DNA of 64,000 nucleotides from an uncultured Acidobacteriota bacterium (lineage in GTDB: Bacteria; Acidobacteriota; Blastocatellia; Pyrinomonadales; Pyrinomonadaceae). The notes below the pieces were generated by a model that worked only from the letters and a program-made list of their open reading frames with translations, was not told the origin of the DNA and made no database searches. The stretch's first letter is position 1. Each line of letters begins with the position of its first letter. A program made the translations under genes and the position numbers. The stretch is from contig CAVSDM010000011.1 in assembly GCA_963726735.1 (NCBI GenBank), positions 2,827 to 66,826 on the forward strand, read 5' to 3'. This document shows, one piece after another, positions 34,245 to 47,980 of this stretch.

Positions 34245-35233
34245 GCCGCATCACTGCTGCGCGCAGCTTCGACGCGGTCGCGGCCGGTCTGTTTGGCGTG
34301 ATAGAGGGCCTCGTCGGCGCGCGCGATCATGTCGTTGCCGGACTCGCCGGGGTCGAGCTGCGCGGCGCCGGCCGAGAGCGTGAGGGGGAAGACTCGGCCC
34401 TCTTCGCCGAAGAGGCGCGCGGAGAAGGCGTGGCGTATCTTTTCGGCGAGCGCGCTCGCGCCCTCGACGCCGGTCTCGGGCGCGAGCACGAGGAACTCTT
34501 CGCCGCCGTAGCGGCAGACCACGTCCGAGCCGCGCACCGAGTCCGCGATGACGCGCGCCGCCTGCCGGAGCGCCGCGTCGCCCGCCGCGTGGCCGTAGGT
34601 GTCGTTGACCGCCTTGAAGAAGTCGAGGTCGATGAGCAGGCACGAGAGCGGGCGGCTGTAGCGCCGCGCCTCCGACAGCTCCCGCTGGAGCGCGCGTTGC
34701 AGGCCGTAGCGGTTGAGGAGCCCCGTCAGCGCGTCCGTCATCGACATCTCGCTCGCCGCTTCGGCGCTGCGGCGCAGCTCCTCCGCCCGCTGGCGCAGGC
34801 GGTCGCGCTCAAGCTTCAGGCGGATGGCGACGCTCACGCGCGCCAGCAGCTCCTCGACGCGGAAGGGCTTCGAGACGTAGTCGTTGGCGCCGAGGCCGAG
34901 GCCGCGCACCTTCGTGTCCGTGTCGTCGAGGGCGGAGAGGAAGATGACGGGGATGTCGCGCGTCGCGGGGTCTTCCTTGAGCAAACGGCAGGCTTGCAGG
35001 CCGTCGAGGACGGGCATCATCACGTCGAGGATGATGAGGTCGGGCAGCACGCGGCGCGCGGCCTCGACCGCCTGCCCGCCGTCCTCCGCGGTCTCGACGC
35101 GGTACTGCTCCCATTCGAGCCTGCGCCGGATGAGCGCGAGGTTGACGGGCTCGTCGTCGGCGACGAGGATGACCGGCGGTCGCGCCCCTTGCGTCCCGGC
35201 GGCCGGCTCGCCCTGCGAAGTCTCGCTCTTCAT
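34229..35233 (-). CDS. Response regulator-diguanylate cyclase (REC-GGDEF, PleD-like)
   Basis: ILVADDEPVNLALIRRRL, LIILDVMMPVLDG, DALTGLLNR and CRYGGEEFLVL (GGEEF). The ORF could also start at 35269. Confidence 0.85.
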   Translation of the reverse strand: MKSETSQGEPAAGTQGARPPVILVADDEPVNLALIRRRLEWEQYRVETAEDGGQAVEAARRVLPDLIILDVMMPVLDGLQACRLLKEDPATRDIPVIFLSALDDTDTKVRGLGLGANDYVSKPFRVEELLARVSVAIRLKLERDRLRQRAEELRRSAEAASEMSMTDALTGLLNRYGLQRALQRELSEARRYSRPLSCLLIDLDFFKAVNDTYGHAAGDAALRQAARVIADSVRGSDVVCRYGGEEFLVLAPETGVEGASALAEKIRHAFSARLFGEEGRVFPLTLSAGAAQLDPGESGNDMIARADEALYHAKQTGRDRVEAARSSDAAASRQ

Positions 35234-35367
35234 AAACGGCGACGTAAAACCTCTCGCGCCGCCGCACAACTTCGGCGCTGTAAGTCCACAATGAGGTTCG
35301 GAGCCGGGGTCCGGGGCTGAGACAATAATAAAGAAGGCGGGAGGGAAAAGGCAAAGGGAGTAGAGAG

Positions 35368-35626
35368 TAGGCAGTAGGCAGCAAGCCGCGTCAGCGGCAG
35401 TTTGAATTGAGCCCGGCCTTTCAAGGCCGGGGCCGCCGTCAGTTATAGGTGCCGCGTCGCGTGAGCGACGGCTGAACGGTTCAGCCGTCGCTCACGCGAC
35501 GCGGCGCCGTAGTCGTCCAGTTTACCCGGCCTTGAAAGGCCGGGCTCAACTCAAGCGCCGCTCTGCGGCGTTCGACGCACGCGCTACGTTTATCTCTATC
35601 ACTGCCTACTGCCATCTGCCTACTGC
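35368..35626. repeat. Nested-palindrome element, copy B, embedded between GTAGGCAG-type word arms
   Basis: Word arms 35368-35382 and 35600-35626. Small hairpins at about 35410-35431 and 35525-35547. Central 27-bp stem 35451-35477 / 35479-35505. The interval 35385-35524 is the exact reverse complement of 39311-39450. Confidence 0.9.
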
Positions 35627-35937
35627 TTTTGCCGGTAGTGCTCGACGAGGGCAAAGAGTTGCTCCGTCTCTACGTCGGAGAGACCTTTGAACTCGACGCC
35701 GACGCCCCAGCGCTCGATGTGGTAGCGCACCTCGCCGTAGAGCGTCTTCTGCTCGGGCAGCCAGAACTTGATGAAGACGGGCTGGCCGCGCGCGGCGTCG
35801 CGCTCGGTGCGGAGGAAGTAGCCGCCCTCGCTGAGGCTGATGATGCGGTCGTGGAACGGGCAGTCGTCGGTCCAACCCCAGTAGACGTGTATGTCCACCA
35901 ACACCCGCTCGTGCCTGCGCTGTTCGGTGAAGGTCAT
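35620..35937 (-). CDS. PilZ-domain protein
   Basis: MTFTEQRRHERVLVDI (RxxxR-type motif) and ISLSEGGYFL (D/N-x-S-x-x-G-like). About 105 aa from ATG 35937. The upstream part of ORF 35620..36135 looks non-coding. Confidence 0.65.
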   Translation of the reverse strand: MTFTEQRRHERVLVDIHVYWGWTDDCPFHDRIISLSEGGYFLRTERDAARGQPVFIKFWLPEQKTLYGEVRYHIERWGVGVEFKGLSDVETEQLFALVEHYRQKQ

Positions 35938-36176
35938 GAGGTGGCTGTCGGTCTCTGTTCGGCGAAGTTTGTGGGATTGGTGCGAGAATAGCCGCAGTCG
36001 GTCGCCGGCCGCAAGCGGGGCGGCGAAAGATTCCCGGCGCGCTGCGGGGGGGCTTTGTGTTAAGCTTCCGGCCTCCGGCGGAGTTTCAAACGCGAGGCAC
36101 GTGAGACCCGCGCCGCAGACACACCGGCGGCGCACCCACGCAGTAACGATCTGATTTCTCGGGAGGTCGGCCGAAG

Positions 36177-36620
36177 ATGCGACGACGTGAGGGCGACGGC
36201 TGCCCCGTGTGGGGCGTACTGCAAGTCGTGGGCGACAAGTGGACGCTGCTCATCGTCCGCGACCTGGCGGGCGCCGCGCGCCGCACCACGGAACTCCTCG
36301 CGCGCCTCCACCCCATCAGCAGCCGCACGCTGATGGACCGCCTGCGCGACATGGAGCGCGACGCCCTCATCGAGCGGCGCGACCTCGGCGGCAGCCCCCC
36401 GCACGTCGAGTACGTGCTCACCGAACGCGGCCGCCTGCTCACGCCGCTGCTGGAGGCGCTGCGCGCCGCCGGCCAGGCGCTCGACTGCAACGACTGCGAC
36501 GACCGCCTCGGCCGCCACGAGTCCTACTGCGACTCGTGCCCGCGCGCCGCCGCCTCGGCCCCCGCGTCGTCGGCGCCGCCGCGACGCGCCCCCACCGACG
36601 ATTCCATCGTGCTGCTCTAA
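36177..36620 (+). CDS. HxlR-family winged-helix transcriptional regulator with Cys-rich C-terminal tail
   Basis: CPVWGVLQVVGDKWTLLIVRDL, ISSRTLMDRLRDMERDALIERR and VEYVLTERG. Tail: DCNDCDDRLGRHESYCDSCP. Confidence 0.8.
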   Translation: MRRREGDGCPVWGVLQVVGDKWTLLIVRDLAGAARRTTELLARLHPISSRTLMDRLRDMERDALIERRDLGGSPPHVEYVLTERGRLLTPLLEALRAAGQALDCNDCDDRLGRHESYCDSCPRAAASAPASSAPPRRAPTDDSIVLL

Positions 36621-36662
36621 ATCCCCGCTCTCTCCCCGGAACGAGGCGGCGCCGGGCGCCGC

Positions 36663-37265
36663 GTGGAGGTGAATATGAGGTCGGCCGACAGGACTTTCAA
36701 CATGACTTTCCGCAAGACGTTCGCGCTCGCCGGGGCCGCTCTGCTGCTGCTCGTCTCACAGTCGTCGGGGACGCGTGCGCAGGTCGCGCAGGAGCAGCAG
36801 CAGCGGCCGAAGCACTTCGTCATCTCCTCGCTCGGCACGGCCTTCGGGGTGCAGGTGGCGGTCGTGGGGACTTACACCGTCAGCGAGAAACACGTCGATG
36901 TGTACGTGGACCGTCTCCTCATCCGCGTGAGCGAGCACTGCCCGTACCAGGGGCGGCGGTTCGTCAGCACGTTGCTCTTCGGGCTGGGGACGACCGGCAA
37001 GCGCGGCGGTTGGGAGATGGAGAACAGAAGCCTGCCCGTCTTCGTCGAGCACGTGATGGCGCCGCGCGAGGAGCACCGGCTCGTCGGCCTCCGGTTCCAG
37101 ATTCCGCGGAACGAGGGGGCGGACTTGTCGAAGCGCTGGCTCGCCGTCGAGATCGAGGAGACATCCCTCGACGTGCCCGACGGTGACCCGGACAGGACGG
37201 GCTACGCCTTCGCGCACAGTTGCCGCACCCTCTTCGCGGCCCCCTGCGCGGAGCCCGAACGCTGA
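36663..37265 (+). CDS. Secreted protein of unknown function (~200 aa)
   Basis: Intact ORF with signal peptide FALAGAALLLLVSQSSGTRAQ. I recognise no motif. Confidence 0.5.
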   Translation: MEVNMRSADRTFNMTFRKTFALAGAALLLLVSQSSGTRAQVAQEQQQRPKHFVISSLGTAFGVQVAVVGTYTVSEKHVDVYVDRLLIRVSEHCPYQGRRFVSTLLFGLGTTGKRGGWEMENRSLPVFVEHVMAPREEHRLVGLRFQIPRNEGADLSKRWLAVEIEETSLDVPDGDPDRTGYAFAHSCRTLFAAPCAEPER

Positions 37266-37422
37266 CGCCGCCCGCGGCCGGGGCTTGAGAGACGAAGAGA
37301 CGAAAGTCGAACCTTCGCTTTCGCCTCTTCGTTTCCTCCTGTTGGCGGCCGAACCGACCGAGAGCCCGACCCGCGCGGCGACCGCTCATCCCGACACCCG
37401 CATCGTCGAAGAGAATTCAGAC

Positions 37423-39233
<1,811 letters not shown>

Positions 39234-39240
<7 letters not shown>

Positions 39241-39482
39241 GCGGTAGGCAGACGACAGTAGTTGAGATAAACGTAACGTATACGTCGAACGCCGCAGAGC
39301 GGCGCCTGAGTAAACTGGACGACTACGGCGCCGCGTCGCGTGAGCGACGGCTGAACCGTTCAGCCGTCGCTCACGCGACGCGGCACCTATAACTGACGGC
39401 GGCCCCGGCCTTGAAAGGCCGGGCTCAATTCAAACTGCCGCTGACGCGGCGTCTGCCATCTGCCTACTGCCATCTGCCTACT
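39234..39482. repeat. Nested-palindrome element, copy C (inverted relative to B; lacks one small hairpin)
   Basis: 39311-39450 is the exact reverse complement of 35385-35524. There is a ~25-nt deletion of one cccggcc hairpin relative to B near 39306-39311. Word arms at 39234-39261 and 39453-39482. Confidence 0.9.
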
Positions 39483-39488
39483 ATTCTT

Positions 39489-40259
39489 ATGGACATCCTT
39501 GAGCACCAGAGCCGCGCGTGGGACAGGCAGGTCGGACTCGGGAACGAGTGGACGCGGCCCGTCGGGCCGGAGGTCATCGAGGCCGCGCGGCGGGGCGAAT
39601 GGTCGGTGCTGCTCACCGAGCAGAGGTCGGTGCCGCGCGCATGGTTCCCGGCGGAAATGCGCGGGCGCGACGTGCTCTGCCTCGCCTCGGGCGGCGGCCA
39701 GCAGGGGCCGACGTTCGCGGCCGCCGGCGCGCGCGTCACCGTGCTCGACAACTCGCCCGCGCAGCTCGCGCGGGATCGTCTGGTGGCCGAGCGCGAGGGG
39801 CTCGACCTCCAAACCCTCCGGGGCGACATGGCCGACCTCTCCGCGTTCGCCGACGAGAGCTTCGACCTCGTCTTCCACCCCGTCTCGAACTGTTTCGCGC
39901 CGGCCGTGCGCCCCGTGTGGCGCGAGGCGTTCCGCGTGCTCCGGCGCGGCGGGCTGCTGCTCGCCGGCTTCAACAACCCCTCGATCTACATCTTCGACCT
40001 GGAGGACGAGCGGCAGGAGAGGCTCGAAGTGAAGTACGCGCTTCCCTACTCGGACCTCGAAAGTCTGAGCGACGCCGAGCGCGCGGGGGTGCTCGCCGCC
40101 GACCGCCCGCTTGAGTTCAGCCACACGCTCGAAGACCAGATCGGCGGGCAGCTCGACGCGGGCTTCCGACTCACGGCGCTCTACGAAGACCGCCACCGCG
40201 GCCTGCGCGTCGCCGAGTTCATGCCCACCTACGTCGCCACGCGCGCGATCAAACCGTGA
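39489..40259 (+). CDS. Class I SAM-dependent methyltransferase
   Basis: [33 protein letters not shown] (motif I plus the acidic post-I residue), DLVFHPVS and LRRGGLLL. The ATG at 39489 lies just after the repeat. Confidence 0.8.
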   Translation: MDILEHQSRAWDRQVGLGNEWTRPVGPEVIEAARRGEWSVLLTEQRSVPRAWFPAEMRGRDVLCLASGGGQQGPTFAAAGARVTVLDNSPAQLARDRLVAEREGLDLQTLRGDMADLSAFADESFDLVFHPVSNCFAPAVRPVWREAFRVLRRGGLLLAGFNNPSIYIFDLEDERQERLEVKYALPYSDLESLSDAERAGVLAADRPLEFSHTLEDQIGGQLDAGFRLTALYEDRHRGLRVAEFMPTYVATRAIKP

Positions 40260-40879
40260 GCTGTGACGTTCCGATTCGGGAGCTTATTATTTTGGAGAAC
40301 GCTTCGGCGCGAGATGACTTGAAGAGAAGAGTCTGGCCGTGGCTCGCCGTCGTGGCGGTGCTCGCGGCCGCCGCTTTCCTGCTGCGCTGGCAGGGCCGGT
40401 TGTGGCTCTGCTCTTGCGGGCGCTTCCGCCTCTGGCTCGGCGACGCGTGGGGCGCCGAGACCTCGCAGCAGCTCTTCGACCCCTACTCCTTCACGCACGT
40501 CCTGCACGGCTTCGCGCTCGCGGGGCTGCTCGCGCTCCTGCTCCCGCGCGCGGGCTGGCGCTGGCGCCTCGCGCTCGCGGTCGCGGCCGAGGCCGCCTGG
40601 GAGGTCTTCGAGAACACCGAGTTCGTCGTCAACCGTTACCGCGAGACGACGGCCGCGCTCGGCTACAACGGCGACTCCGTCGTCAACTCGCTCGGCGACG
40701 TTATCGCCTGCGCCGCCGGCGCCTTCATCGCGCGCCGCCTCGGCCTGCGCAAAACCCTTCTCGTCTTCGCGCTCACCGAGATCGTCCTGCTCTTCTGGAT
40801 CAGGGACAGTCTCCTCCTCAACATCCTCCTGCTCGTCTACCCTTCGGAGATGCTGAAGGCTTGGCAGACCGGGCACTAG
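40256..40879 (+). CDS. DUF2585 (UPF0314) family membrane protein
   Basis: [38 protein letters not shown] and [14 protein letters not shown]. The start overlaps the upstream stop (GTGA). Confidence 0.7.
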   Translation: MSCDVPIRELIILENASARDDLKRRVWPWLAVVAVLAAAAFLLRWQGRLWLCSCGRFRLWLGDAWGAETSQQLFDPYSFTHVLHGFALAGLLALLLPRAGWRWRLALAVAAEAAWEVFENTEFVVNRYRETTAALGYNGDSVVNSLGDVIACAAGAFIARRLGLRKTLLVFALTEIVLLFWIRDSLLLNILLLVYPSEMLKAWQTGH

Positions 40880-40900
40880 GCGCGCGCGCGGAGAGAAGAG

Positions 40901-42220
<1,320 letters not shown>

Positions 42221-42455
42221 GCTCTCTTGATCTATAAAGGCTCTCGGGGGCGTCTGTAAGCGCGCTTACCGAGCGCGCGCGCCGTCGGTGGTAGCCTTTT
42301 TCTCGGCGCGTGTAGTATAACTGCTCGCGCCTTGAGGAGTCGAATTTGACCGCTAAGAGAGAGCCGGAACCCCGACCGCCCGGCGCCCGCGAGACCCTTT
42401 GAGCACGCCGCAGGAAGAGAGAGATTCGACGCCGCACGCGACCCCGCCGCCGTGC

Positions 42456-43310
42456 GTGACGCGTCGCCGTCCTCGGCGCGGGCACGATGGGGCACGGCAT
42501 CGCGCAGGCCGCCGCCGCCGCGGGCTTCGAAGTCGTGCTCCGCGACCTCGAAGAGTCCTTCGTCGAGAAGGGCCTGCGCGCCATCGAGTCGAACCTCTCC
42601 AAGGGCGTCGAGCGCGGCAAGGTGACGGACGAAGAGCGCGCGCGCGACCCTCTCAAACATCCGCACGACGACCGCAGCTCGAAGAGACGGCCGACAGCGA
42701 CCTCTTCATCGAGGCCGTCCCCGAGCGGCTCGACCTCAAGCGCGAGACGCTCCGCGCCGTCGAGCGTCTCGACCACGGCGCGACTTCATCTTCGCCACCA
42801 ACACCTCCTCGCTCTCGATCACGGAGATCGCCGAAGGCGCGCGCCGCCCCGAACGCGTCGTCGGCATGCACTTCTTCAACCCCGTCCACATCATGCGCCT
42901 CGTCGAGATCGTCGTCGGGCGCGAGACCTCCGCGCGAGACGGTCGAGGCCGTCCGCGCCGTCGCCGTCGAGGATGAAGAAGGAGCCGATCGTCGTGCGCG
43001 ACGTGCCGGGCTTCGCCTCGTCGCGGCTCGGCGTGGCGCTGGGGCTCGAAGCGATGCGGATGCTGGAGGAGGGCGTGGCGAAGCGAAAGATATAGATACG
43101 GCGATGGAACTCGGTTACAATCACCCCATGGGGCCGCTCCGCCTGACCGATCTCGTCGGCCTCGACGTGCGCCTCCACATCGCCGAGTACCTGCACGCGC
43201 AAGCTCGGCTCGGAGCGCTTCCGCCCCCCCGACATCCTCCGGCGCATGGTCGCCGAAGGCAAGCTCGGGAAGAAGACGGGCGAGGGCTTCTACAAGTGGG
43301 ACGACAGTAG
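42456..43310 (+). CDS. hbd: 3-hydroxyacyl/3-hydroxybutyryl-CoA dehydrogenase; many frame breaks
   Basis: [28 protein letters not shown] (Rossmann fold), [46 protein letters not shown] and [13 protein letters not shown], spread over three frames. The start is approximate. Confidence 0.8.
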   Translation: MTRRRPRRGHDGARHRAGRRRRGLRSRAPRPRRVLRREGPARHRVEPLQGRRARQGDGRRARARPSQTSARRPQLEETADSDLFIEAVPERLDLKRETLRAVERLDHGATSSSPPTPPRSRSRRSPKARAAPNASSACTSSTPSTSCASSRSSSGARPPRETVEAVRAVAVEDEEGADRRARRAGLRLVAARRGAGARSDADAGGGRGEAKDIDTAMELGYNHPMGPLRLTDLVGLDVRLHIAEYLHAQARLGALPPPRHPPAHGRRRQAREEDGRGLLQVGRQ

Positions 43311-43423
43311 GCAGTAGGCAGATGGCAGCAGGCAGTTAAGAGTGCCGCTGTCGAGAACGCCGAGATTAACCTTCAACCTCTGCAACGCGGAGCGCTGACT
43401 GCCAACTGCCATACTGCCTACTG
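43305..43423 (+). repeat. Inverted word array (GTAGGCAG family), hairpin with 61-nt loop
   Basis: cagtaggcagtaggcagatggcagcaggcagt (43305-43336) faces actgccaactgccatactgcctactg (43398-43423). About 22 of 25 positions pair. It begins inside the last codons of hbd and ends one nt before the next ATG. Confidence 0.7.
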
Positions 43424-43801
43424 ATGACTATGACGAGGCCACCGAACGAAGAGAGACGATTCGCGCTGCGCATGGCGCTGCGGCTGCCCATCGTGGTGTC
43501 GGGGCGCGCCGAGGACGGGGCGGCGTGGAGCGAGCCGACCGAGACGGACGACATCTCGACCCTCGGCGCGCTCTTCCACCTCAACCAGCGCGTCGCGCGC
43601 GGCGACCAGCTCTACCTGCGCGCACACCGCCCCGACGGCTCGCCCATCGAGGCCACGGCGCGCGTCGTCCGCACCGCGCCCGCCATCTACGGCACCGCCC
43701 GCGTCGGCGTGCAGATCATGGAGCCGACCGAGAACTGGCTCCGCCTCTTCGTCTCCTGGGTCGCCGACGAGCAGCAGACGCCCGAGGGCGAGAAACAGTA
43801 A
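43424..43801 (+). CDS. PilZ-domain protein
   Basis: NEERRFALRMALRLPI (RxxxR) and DDISTLGALF (DxSxxG). Intact 125-aa ORF. Confidence 0.7.
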   Translation: MTMTRPPNEERRFALRMALRLPIVVSGRAEDGAAWSEPTETDDISTLGALFHLNQRVARGDQLYLRAHRPDGSPIEATARVVRTAPAIYGTARVGVQIMEPTENWLRLFVSWVADEQQTPEGEKQ

Positions 43802-43808
43802 GAACCGT

Positions 43809-43915
43809 CAATCAGTGAAGCGTGACAATCGTGAACGTAGGGCTGACGGCTCTCAGTCCGGTTTCGTTACCTTGCCGACTCGACTCTCGTCACGATTCAC
43901 GATTTACATTTACGG
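43809..43915 (+). repeat. Inverted heptamer-word array (CGTGAAT/CGTGACA family), imperfect
   Basis: caatcagtgaagcgtgacaatcgtgaacgtag (43809-43840) faces ctcgtcacgattcacgatttacatttacgg (43886-43915). Pairing needs bulges. TGA/TAG stops follow the PilZ stop in all frames. Confidence 0.5.
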
Positions 43916-43926
43916 AGGAAAGACCA

Positions 43927-44710
<784 letters not shown>

Positions 44711-44734
44711 GCGTCACGGAAGGGGGCCGGTGCG

Positions 44735-44947
44735 TTGAGGGTCGCCCTCATCATCTTCGGCATCGTGCTCGCGGCCGCCGGCGGCGTGCTCGCCTACCGC
44801 TCCTACTTCGTGGAGCCGAGCACGGCGGTCGTCATCACCGACACGGCCGTCCGCGAAGTGCCGAACATGGCGCGCGTCGCCGTCGGCCTCCTGCTGCTCG
44901 CGGCCGGCGCCGCCCTCGCCCTCTTCGCCGCCCTCCGCCGCAGGTAA
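44735..44947 (+). CDS. Small two-TM membrane protein (70 aa), unknown function
   Basis: Two hydrophobic helices (ALIIFGIVLAAAGGVLAY and VAVGLLLLAAGAALALFAAL). It is followed immediately by a terminator. Confidence 0.4.
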   Translation: MRVALIIFGIVLAAAGGVLAYRSYFVEPSTAVVITDTAVREVPNMARVAVGLLLLAAGAALALFAALRRR

Positions 44948-44987
44948 AACGAGGCGCCCGCATCGCCGGACGCCTCGTTTGCGTTTT
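44947..44987 (+). terminator. Rho-independent terminator
   Basis: Stem aaacgaggcg (44947-44956) pairs with cgcctcgttt (44971-44980), with a 14-nt loop, followed by gcgtttt. Confidence 0.65.
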
Positions 44988-45033
44988 ACACTACCGACTG
45001 CTATTTTATTTTTCCGTGCCGCGCGGTACGTAC

Positions 45034-45106
45034 GGGGCCGTAGCTCAGCTGGGAGAGCGCTGCAATGGCATTGCAGAGGTCAGGGGTTCGATCCCCCTCG
45101 GCTCCA
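45034..45106 (+). tRNA. tRNA-Ala (anticodon GGC), 73 nt, CCA not encoded
   Basis: The full cloverleaf folds by hand. Acceptor ggggccg/cggctcc has the G3-U70 Ala identity pair. D arm gctc-agctggga-gagc. Anticodon stem ctgca/tgcag with loop aTGGCAt. T arm agggg-ttcgatc-cccct. Discriminator A. Confidence 0.9.
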
Positions 45107-45156
45107 TCAAGCAGATCAACAAGTCAGGGGCTACCACTCGGTAGCCCCTAACTGTT

Positions 45157-47420
45157 TTATGCGCTGATGGCTGGCGCGCGGGCCGTCAGAGGTGTCCGCT
45201 TCCAGAAGTCGAGCATCGTGCGTTGCAGGTGCATCTGCGCGGCGCGGTCGGTGAAGCCGTGCTTGCGCATGGGGTAGATCATCTGCTCGAAGAGCTTGCC
45301 GGATTGGATGAGCGCGTCGGCGAACGCCTGCGTGTTCTGCGGGTGGACGTTGTCGTCGTAGGTGCCGTGGACGAGCAGGAGGCGGCCGTGCAGCTCGCCC
45401 GCGCGTCTGACCAGCGAGGCGCGGTCGTATCCTTCGGGGTTCTCGGCCGGCATCCCGGCGAGCGCCTCGGCCCACTTGGTGTCGTAGTAGCGCCAGTCGG
45501 TGACGGGCGCGCCGGAGATGCCGGCCTTGAACTCCTTCGAGCGCGTCATCAGGCTCAGCGTCATCGTGCCGCCGCCGCTCCAGCCCCAGACGCCGACGCG
45601 CCCGGGTCCACCCACGGCTGACGCTTTGAGCCAGCGCACGGCGTCGAGCAGGTCGTTGCGTCTCCGGCTCCGACGCTCGCATCGCGATGGTGTTCTCCAG
45701 CTTCTTGCTGATCCCCGTCGCCGCGCGGTTGTCCACCGTCAACAGCACGAACCCTTCGGCGAGGTAGAGCTGGTCGGAGAGCAGGTTGCCCGGCCACGCG
45801 TTCGAGACCGAAGGCGCGGACGGCCCGCCGTAGACGTAGATGATGACGGGGTAGCGCCGGTCGGGGCGGAACCCTTTCGGCTTGAGCAGCCGCGCGGGCA
45901 TCCGGAAGCCGTCGGCCGCGGGGATGTTCAGAAGCTCCGGGTACTGCACGTCGAAGCGCGCGATCAGCTCCGGCCTCGGCGGCGCGAGCACCGACTGGCG
46001 CGCGCCGTCGGGGCGGCGAAGCGTGAGCGACGGCAGCGTCCGTATGTCCGAGAAGTTGTCGAGGTAGAAGCGCGCGTCCGCCGGCATCGAGATGCGGTGC
46101 ATGCCCGCTTCGCCGAGAGGCGCGTCATGCCGGTGCCGTCGAGCTTGATGCGGTACAGGTGGCGCTCGACGGACGAGCGCTCCAGCGCCGTGAAGTAGAC
46201 CCAACCCCCGGCCTCGTCGATTCCCGTCGACGGCCTGCCTGACCCAGAAGACACCCGCGCCCGAAGACGCCAGCGACCAGGGGCCGCGCGTGACCTGATT
46301 GACCAGACGGCCGTCCAACGTGTAGCGGTAGAGGTGGTAGAAGCCGTCGCGCTCCGAAGCCCAGAGGAAGTGGCGGCCGTCGGCGAGGAAGTGCAGGTCG
46401 TCGTGGATGTTGACCCAGGCCGGGTCGGTCTCGGTCAGTATCGCGTTCGGCCGCGCCCGTCTCGCGCGAGGCGAAGTAGAGCCCCGAGTCGTGCTGGTCG
46501 CGCGTCAGCGTCTGCACGCTGACGCGGCGCCCGTCCGGCAGCCACTTCACGCGCAGGACGTACTCGAACGGGACGGTCGTTGATGTTCACCCAGGTCGTC
46601 GTGCCGCGGCCGACCTCCGCGACGCCGACGCGGACGCGCGGGTTGGGCGTCCCGGCCTTCGGGTAACGCTGTGTGATGAGGCGCGGCGCGCTGTCGGGAC
46701 GAAAGTCCACGAAGGCACTCATGCCGACGGCCGACTCGTCGGTCTGAAGGTAGGCCAGCGCGCGCGAGTCCGGCGACCACCAGTAGCCGATGTCGCGCCG
46801 CCCGAAAATCTCCTCCCAGTAGACCCACGACAGGCTGCCGTTCAAGGTCGTCTCCGAGCCGTCGCGCGTCACGCGCGTCTCGGCCCCCGTGTCGAGTTCT
46901 ATCACGTAGAGGTCGTGTGGCGCGGACGAACGCGAGCCGCCGCCCGTCGGGCGAGAAGCCGGGCGACTGCTCTTCCGCCTCGGTCTTCGTCAGGCGCGTG
47001 AAGCGCGCCGCCGCGAGGTCGAGCAGGAAGAGGTCGCCCTTGAACAGATAAAGCGCGCGCCGCCCCGCCGCGTCGAACGCCTCCGGCCAATCGAGCGACT
47101 CCGTCACGCCCGAGTCCGGCAGCAGCGCCTTCAGGCTCGCGACCGCGGCGGCCATGTCGAGCGCCGACCGCCGCGCGCCCGTCGAAGGGTCTAAGACCTC
47201 GAAGGTGCGCTCGGCCGGCGGACGCCTCACGTCGAACAGCATCAGCCGTCCGTCCGACAGCCACGCGTGCGTCGGAAGACTTGCGACGCGCCGGCCTTCG
47301 TCGCCGTATATCCACTCCAACGTGAGGCCGCCGGCGGCCGTGGTCTGGGGACGCGCGGGCGTCGCCCCGCACAACGAGACGGCCAGGACGACAGGCGAGA
47401 CAGAAGACGCGTGCGAACAT
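45157..47420 (-). CDS. S9-family serine peptidase (dipeptidyl-peptidase IV / prolyl oligopeptidase-like); many frame breaks
   Basis: Signal MFARVFCL. Beta-propeller pieces: GGLTLEWIYG, FSPDGRRLAFVR, SLSWVYWEEIFGRRDIGYWWSPDSRALAYLQTDES. Catalytic domain: VGVWGWSGGGTMTL (GxSxGG), LLLVHGTYDDNVHPQNT and KHGF. Confidence 0.8.
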
Positions 47421-47461
47421 CGCTTTCACTCCTTGAATCAAGGAACACGGATCGGGGAACT

Positions 47462-47902
47462 TCACTGATAGGTCCGCCCGTTATGTTTGAGCCACCCTGC
47501 TGTGTGCCGCCCCTTCGGGTCGTGGTGCGTCCAGTGGACCGTGCCGCCCTGTTCGTTCCACTCGTACTCGCCGTAGAAGCGCACGCTGTCGCCCTTACGC
47601 AGCCCGCTCACACGCGGTGCGATGTCGATGTTGTGGGCGATAAGCACCGTCTGACCTGATGCGAGGCGAAGGATGAATCGCTGGTGCCTGCTGCCGTCGT
47701 TGTCATCCGCCAGCAGGCGCGTGACCACGCCTTCGCCTTCGACCTGGACGTTGCTCGTCCGTGATTTGAACGCGCGCCCGACCGGACTGTCGTCACCGGC
47801 CCTGCCCCGCTTCTGCCCGCCGGACTGGGCCGCGCCGTCGCAGCCCGCCCAGAGCAGGGTGCAGACAAGCAGCGCGGCCAGATGATTTCGTTTCAAAAGC
47901 AT
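47462..47902 (-). CDS. DUF3465-family lipoprotein
   Basis: Lipobox LLWAGC. EGEGVVTRLLADDNDGSRHQRFILRLASGQTVLIAHNIDIAPRV and GEYEWNEQGGTVHWTHHDP. Confidence 0.65.
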   Translation of the reverse strand: MLLKRNHLAALLVCTLLWAGCDGAAQSGGQKRGRAGDDSPVGRAFKSRTSNVQVEGEGVVTRLLADDNDGSRHQRFILRLASGQTVLIAHNIDIAPRVSGLRKGDSVRFYGEYEWNEQGGTVHWTHHDPKGRHTAGWLKHNGRTYQ

Positions 47903-47980
47903 TCTACCTCCCAAAGTTGTCGATCGTTTTTGCCGACCGATGTCTAAACGCTCACCTCGGCAGCGCGAGCTCGTCGTGCG

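Noticed and set aside
45034-47420. tRNA-Ala as an integration site for a genomic island
   Set aside because: There is no integrase, no direct repeat of the tRNA 3' end and no compositional shift downstream. The next gene is an ordinary (frame-broken) S9 peptidase.
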